NCBI GenBank assembly: GCA_000708835.1
Contig: DF237260.1
Span: forward strand, 42,260 to 106,259
Length of the DNA stretch: 64,000 nucleotides
Direction of reading: 5' to 3'
From: Klebsormidium nitens
Lineage: Eukaryota; Plantae; Klebsormidiophyceae
In this document: positions 59,698 to 64,000 of the stretch, one piece after another
How positions within the stretch are numbered: the stretch's first letter is position 1
How the letters are laid out: every line of letters starts with the position of its first letter
The notes under the pieces: model-generated
What the model was told of the DNA's origin: nothing
Database searches by the model: none
The model's input: only the letters and a program-made list of their open reading frames with translations
Translations under genes and position numbers: made by a program

Positions 59698-62600
59698 TCA
59701 TGAGCCTGCCGGAGCCGCTAGTGCGCTTTGGTGTTGCTCGACTATCTTCTTTCGCTGCGCATGCTCCGCGACCTTGTACGTCAAAACTTCCTGGAACAGC
59801 TCTGGTGTCAACTCGCTCTTTTGGCTCCCGTACGCGGCTCCTTGCATGCTCACCATGAGCTTTGCTAACTCGCGCCCCGAGAAACCTTCCGTCTTTGAGG
59901 CGGCCTCTTGAAGGAGCTGCGTAAGGGAGAGGACGACGGCTTCAGGTAGGTGAATCTGGCGACATATGCAGTCCAATGAAGTCTTGCAATAACCAGAAAA
60001 AAGCAAAAGAACCTTCGCAAACAAAAGCATCACTTGCTGTGAACCCAGGCAGTCCGAGAAAATGGAACCAACTGGTTGGAGCGAACTCGGTTAACAACGA
60101 TTCACAGAAACACGAAACTGTCCGCAGATGCAGCTTTGTTTTGCGAACCGACTATACTGCACTCGTCCGGACAAGGAGTGACACGAAGAGGAGTCGATCG
60201 AGGAGATTGTACTGGTGAATGCGCTCACGTCATCCGTAATCCCCCGCACTTCGATCTTGTCCGAGCCCCCCCGGAGCAGCTTCCGCCACGACGACCGGCT
60301 GTCCTCGCCCGCACGCATCACGTACTTGTCCAGGTATAATCGTATCAGCTTCTCCCGCTCCTGCTCGCCGGGCAAGGGGAACTCTAGAGCTTCGTCCACT
60401 CGATCGACGACGGCACGGTCCAGGTCTTCCGGCCGGTTGGTCGCAACGACGAGCACGATGTCGCGCGACTGGTCACCGGTGCGGTAGAGAAGGGCGTTCA
60501 AAGCGCTGCGCAGATTCTCGCTCATGCTGACCGCATTTCGCCTGCGAGGATTGCGCCAGCATTAGAACATGGGTCCCAAAGACGATCCTTGAAGAGAAGA
60601 TCCTCGAAGAGAAGATCTCGCAACAGAAATCCAGTGCAGGTGACAAAATCTCAGGGTCGCAACTCTGTTGACATTTTTCTACTCTACGTATATTCTTGCG
60701 CGAATTCACGAAATCCCTTCGAACCGCACAAACGATCGAGGCGTCTCACTTTTACGAAACGCGTCCGCTTTGGCAACAGGAAAGGGAAGGCCCCTCCCTC
60801 ATCTCTAATTGCAAAGCGAGCCCAAGATTCAAGTATGCCCTCTCCACTTGCATCATTCTGAAGAACACCGTTTTCGAACAAGAGCGGCGGGGCCTCACTC
60901 TTCCGAGAATGCTTCGGCCTCGTCGCTGTGATGCAGCAGCCCCTGAATCGTCCACAAAAGCTAACTGCTGCCCTTCTTAGACAAGCAAACGGCAGATCCA
61001 CTGCGGGTCCAAAAAGACACGCAACCCTACTCCCCCAACAACTAGAGCGGCGGGGCCTCACTCTTTCAGGAACGCGTCCGCCTCGTCGATGAAGAGAAGC
61101 AGCCCCTTGCGGCTCTTGCCCGCCCAGTCGAACAGCTGGTGGATCTTGGTCACCGCGTCGGGCCCCAACGGGCCGACGTCACCCCCCGTCATCAGCGCGT
61201 AGTCGAGGCCCGAGTCGCGCGCGAGCTGCTTGGCGGCCATCGTTTTGCCTGAAAGGGGACAAGGAGGTGGAAGTGAGCAATCCGAGCTGGGAGAGAGACG
61301 TTGAGGAACAGAAATCTATACGTCAACTTTGCTTGAGTCGGGACGCATGAGAGTGTGGGTACGGGCCTTGCAAACGACGAATTGGGCGAGCGGAAAATAG
61401 ATACGGAGCCCCGGATCAGGCCCCAGAAAAGCATTTCGGCAACAAAGCGATAAGCAAGGAATCGACGCCAATGGTCAGGTCTTTTGAGGCTCTACGGACA
61501 TATAGCAGCGAGTACAAGAGCCAGCAGAACGAGCGGAAAGCAAACTGCAATTCAAAGGGCAAGCGACGAAACCTCGAAAGTGAGCAGCTATGACCAGATT
61601 AGGATTCCTGTCGAGGGGAAGGCATTAGGATTGCACCCAATGCGTTCATGTCCCGTCCTTACCCGTACCCTACGGTGGCCCGTAGAACACCATGTTCCTA
61701 AAACAAAGATAACAAAGACTTGATCAAAGGAGACGGCTTTTTGAAAAGGCGTTTCTTGAGAAGTTCAATTCAAACCTACCCGTCCCCGGCGGCCCGTAGA
61801 AGACCATGTTCCGGAAGGGCGCCCCGTGCTTCTTAGTGTTGGCGGTCGCGGACGCGAGCGAGCGCACGCGCGAGAGCAGCGCGGGGTGCAGGATGACGTC
61901 ACCGAAGCCCTCGCCCTTGCGCATCGCGTCGGTCGCCGGGTTTGACGCGAGCAAGCCAGCGTTCGAGTGCGCACCGCGCCGCCAGAGGAAGGGGAACGTG
62001 GCGCGCGAGGATTCGCGGACGAGCGACGGTTGGCCGAGTACACGTTCGAGGTACCTGGGAAGTGATTGTCAGAGAAATCAAATAGTAGACCTCGTCTTTA
62101 AGACCAATATAGGAAGAGCGGGCCGAATTGTCGAGGGGAAAAGGATTTTGCGGATACTGACTAGGGACATCAATCAGCAAACTCCTCCTCAGAATTGCGT
62201 CACTGGGTGGTAGGCACCTTATTCATCGAACAATGACGACAGACCTCTTAGGGGCCGCTCGGTGCTTCCGGCCATGAGAGGGCGTGAAAGGCAGGGAGAG
62301 TGTGATCCGACACGAGCAAGTCGGCGACCAAGCTCGAAACTTCGAAGCGACATTAGGAGCTTTAAACATGCAAAAAACTTATCCACACCCACTCACCCGC
62401 CCATTCATCGTTTCCATCATCGTTTCCATCAGAAGACCGTCTAACGACTACTCTGTAGTTTACTCGAGTTCAATGTTGAAAGTCGACTCGGATTGAATAT
62501 TGACTGTTCTCCTGAGTCATTATCCATAAAATCGTTGAGTACTTGACTCGCTTGGATGTTCATTCAAAACAGATTCTCACCTCCCGACCACCCGCGCCCC

Positions 62601-63546
62601 CTCCCGTGTCGAATACACCCCCGCCGCGAGTGCTGTCGTCACGATCACCGTCCGCGTCAGCTTCTCCCGGTCGCCCAAAAGTCCGTACACCCCTGCGCCG
62701 ATCTGCCGGAACGTGGTGTTGATTGCCGCGAGCAATCGCTCCCGCTCTAGTTCCATCTTGGTCAGCAGCTCCCGCCGGTAGACGTCCTCGTTCTGGCGCC
62801 GCTCCAGCGCGCGCCCCTCAGCCTCCGCGAGCGCCTTCACGCGCAGCGTCTCGCGCTCCAGCTCCGCGCGCTCGCGCTCGCTCTGCCTGGGTGCGGGAAC
62901 GAAGTAGGATCAGGAAGTGGCATTATGAAGGTGCGTGCTTTTTGATTTCCCTGTGCTTCGATAAGGCGGGGAAAACGAAGGCTCCACGGAAGAGTGTAAA
63001 GAACGCTCGCAGTGCCCCTCACAGTGACCGACGCAATCGTGTTTTAGAAAAGCTAGTGTGCCGTGCAGTGCCTGCAGTGCCAAGGGGCAGAGAGATACGT
63101 ACGATACATGGACGATTTGGTTTTATCCTGTTCCCGATCGTCCGTTTTGTCAGGCTACGGCATAATTGGTTGAAATCCTTGAATTGAATAAATATCGTCT
63201 TGGGGTCGCTATGGGAGGGCACCAAGGGCCAAGAAAAGGTCAAGCAAACCACTCTGTGTCTTACTGGCTTCCATGTCCGCAGTTTAACTGCAGCTGATAA
63301 CTGTAGAAGGCGACAATGGAAGCTGGATGAATAAGACCGGCGCCTGGAATAGAAAGAGGCGCTCAAGCTAGATGGCCCCCAGGATGAACCTATCACGAGA
63401 TGGGTGCTTTTCAACGTCACCTAGCAGCAAGGTGGCAAATAGGTCAAGCCTACGGTTGCATCGAGCTCTCACCTCCGCTCTCTTTGTATTTGCTCCTCCG
63501 TAAGGCGCTTCACAGCCTCCTGCCGCTGAGAGGACTCCTCTTGCAT
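59698..63546 (-). CDS. ATAD3: ATPase family AAA domain-containing protein 3 (mitochondrial); 5' exons were not located and probably lie beyond the window
   Basis: Exons 63546-63473, 62886-62581, 62054-61780, 61248-61062, 60541-60229, 59916-59698 (in phase). Motifs [24 protein letters not shown], Walker [11 protein letters not shown], Walker [36 protein letters not shown]. Confidence 0.95.
60740..60950 (-). repeat. Two intronic echoes of the ATAD3 Walker B exon end plus donor
   Basis: Donors GA|GTGAGGCCCCGCCGCTCT at 61061 (live) and 60898, and AA|GTGAGAC at 60749; periods 163 and 149. Confidence 0.85.
61655..61712 (-). repeat. Intronic echo of the ATAD3 Walker A exon end, forming a 35-nt splice-site-bounded mini-exon
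   Basis: ctttgttttag|GAACATGGTGTTCTACGGGCCACCGTAGGGTACGG|gtaag at 61697-61663 versus live ...CGGAACATGGTCTTCTACGGGCCGCCGGGGACGG|gtagg. Confidence 0.9.
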
Positions 63547-64000
63547 CTGCGACAATCAGAGCAATCCACTTCAGCCCTTCAATCACCAACGGACCCCAAC
63601 GAGATATGCGGATAAAGATGTTATCACCTGAACAATCCAGATGCCTTCCAAAAGCACAGTCCAAGGGGGCCTTAATCAACGGCGTCCTCTCGTCCTAGAG
63701 GAAAAGCCCACTCTTAAGGTCGAACTTCCCTAATTCGATGCGCGCGCGCGCGTTTGACGTCCTGGGGGACGTCTTCGCTAATAACAAGAGCGTCGTTCAA
63801 TATTTTCGCATTCTGCTTTCTGCATGTGGAAGGGCTTTACAAAAGCTACCTTTAGAGCCACTAGCCGGCCGAAACCGACCACTCTAGCTACATGGTCAAA
63901 ACGGCGATTTTGCCACTTTTTGGGCATTTTCTGAGCGCTGGGTCCCTTTACGTATTGGGTTATGGGGGTCGCTCCAGCAAATTTTTTTGGAGATCGAGGA

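Noticed and set aside
63880-64000. T/G-rich sequence at the window edge resembling a transposon terminus
   Set aside because: Truncated by the window; no partner repeat is visible.
1-64000. CRISPR arrays, rRNA, intact tRNA, prokaryotic operons or defence systems
   Set aside because: No regularly spaced identical repeats with unique spacers, no rRNA-like sequence, and all genes are spliceosomal-intron eukaryotic genes.

Overview
Intron-rich eukaryotic nuclear DNA with GC3-rich exons and plant-type genes. It is most consistent with a streptophyte alga such as Klebsormidium; this is inference only, as no search was run. Hand-built, phase-checked gene models in order: last exon of an RLK/Pelle kinase (+); U11/U12 snRNP 48K (-); a Cys-type GST with a fungal-like C-terminus (+); an oleosin-like hairpin protein (-); SDA1 (-) head-to-head with organellar histidyl-tRNA synthetase (+); class A heat-shock factor (+); a hypothetical nuclear protein (-) head-to-head with SIN3-like (+, spans an N gap); a secreted dirigent/allene-oxide-cyclase-fold protein (-); and 5'-truncated ATAD3 (-). 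Small elements include a two-copy MITE-like family with a telomere-like core, a tRNA-like sequence inside an inverted repeat, and a dense GCCGAC cluster upstream of HsfA. The most striking pattern recurs in six genes: introns carry tandem, decaying copies ('echoes') of the adjacent exon edge plus its splice site. Several echoes differ from the live exon almost only at synonymous positions and carry a small inactivating indel. Most ORFs in the supplied track are antisense or intronic artefacts.
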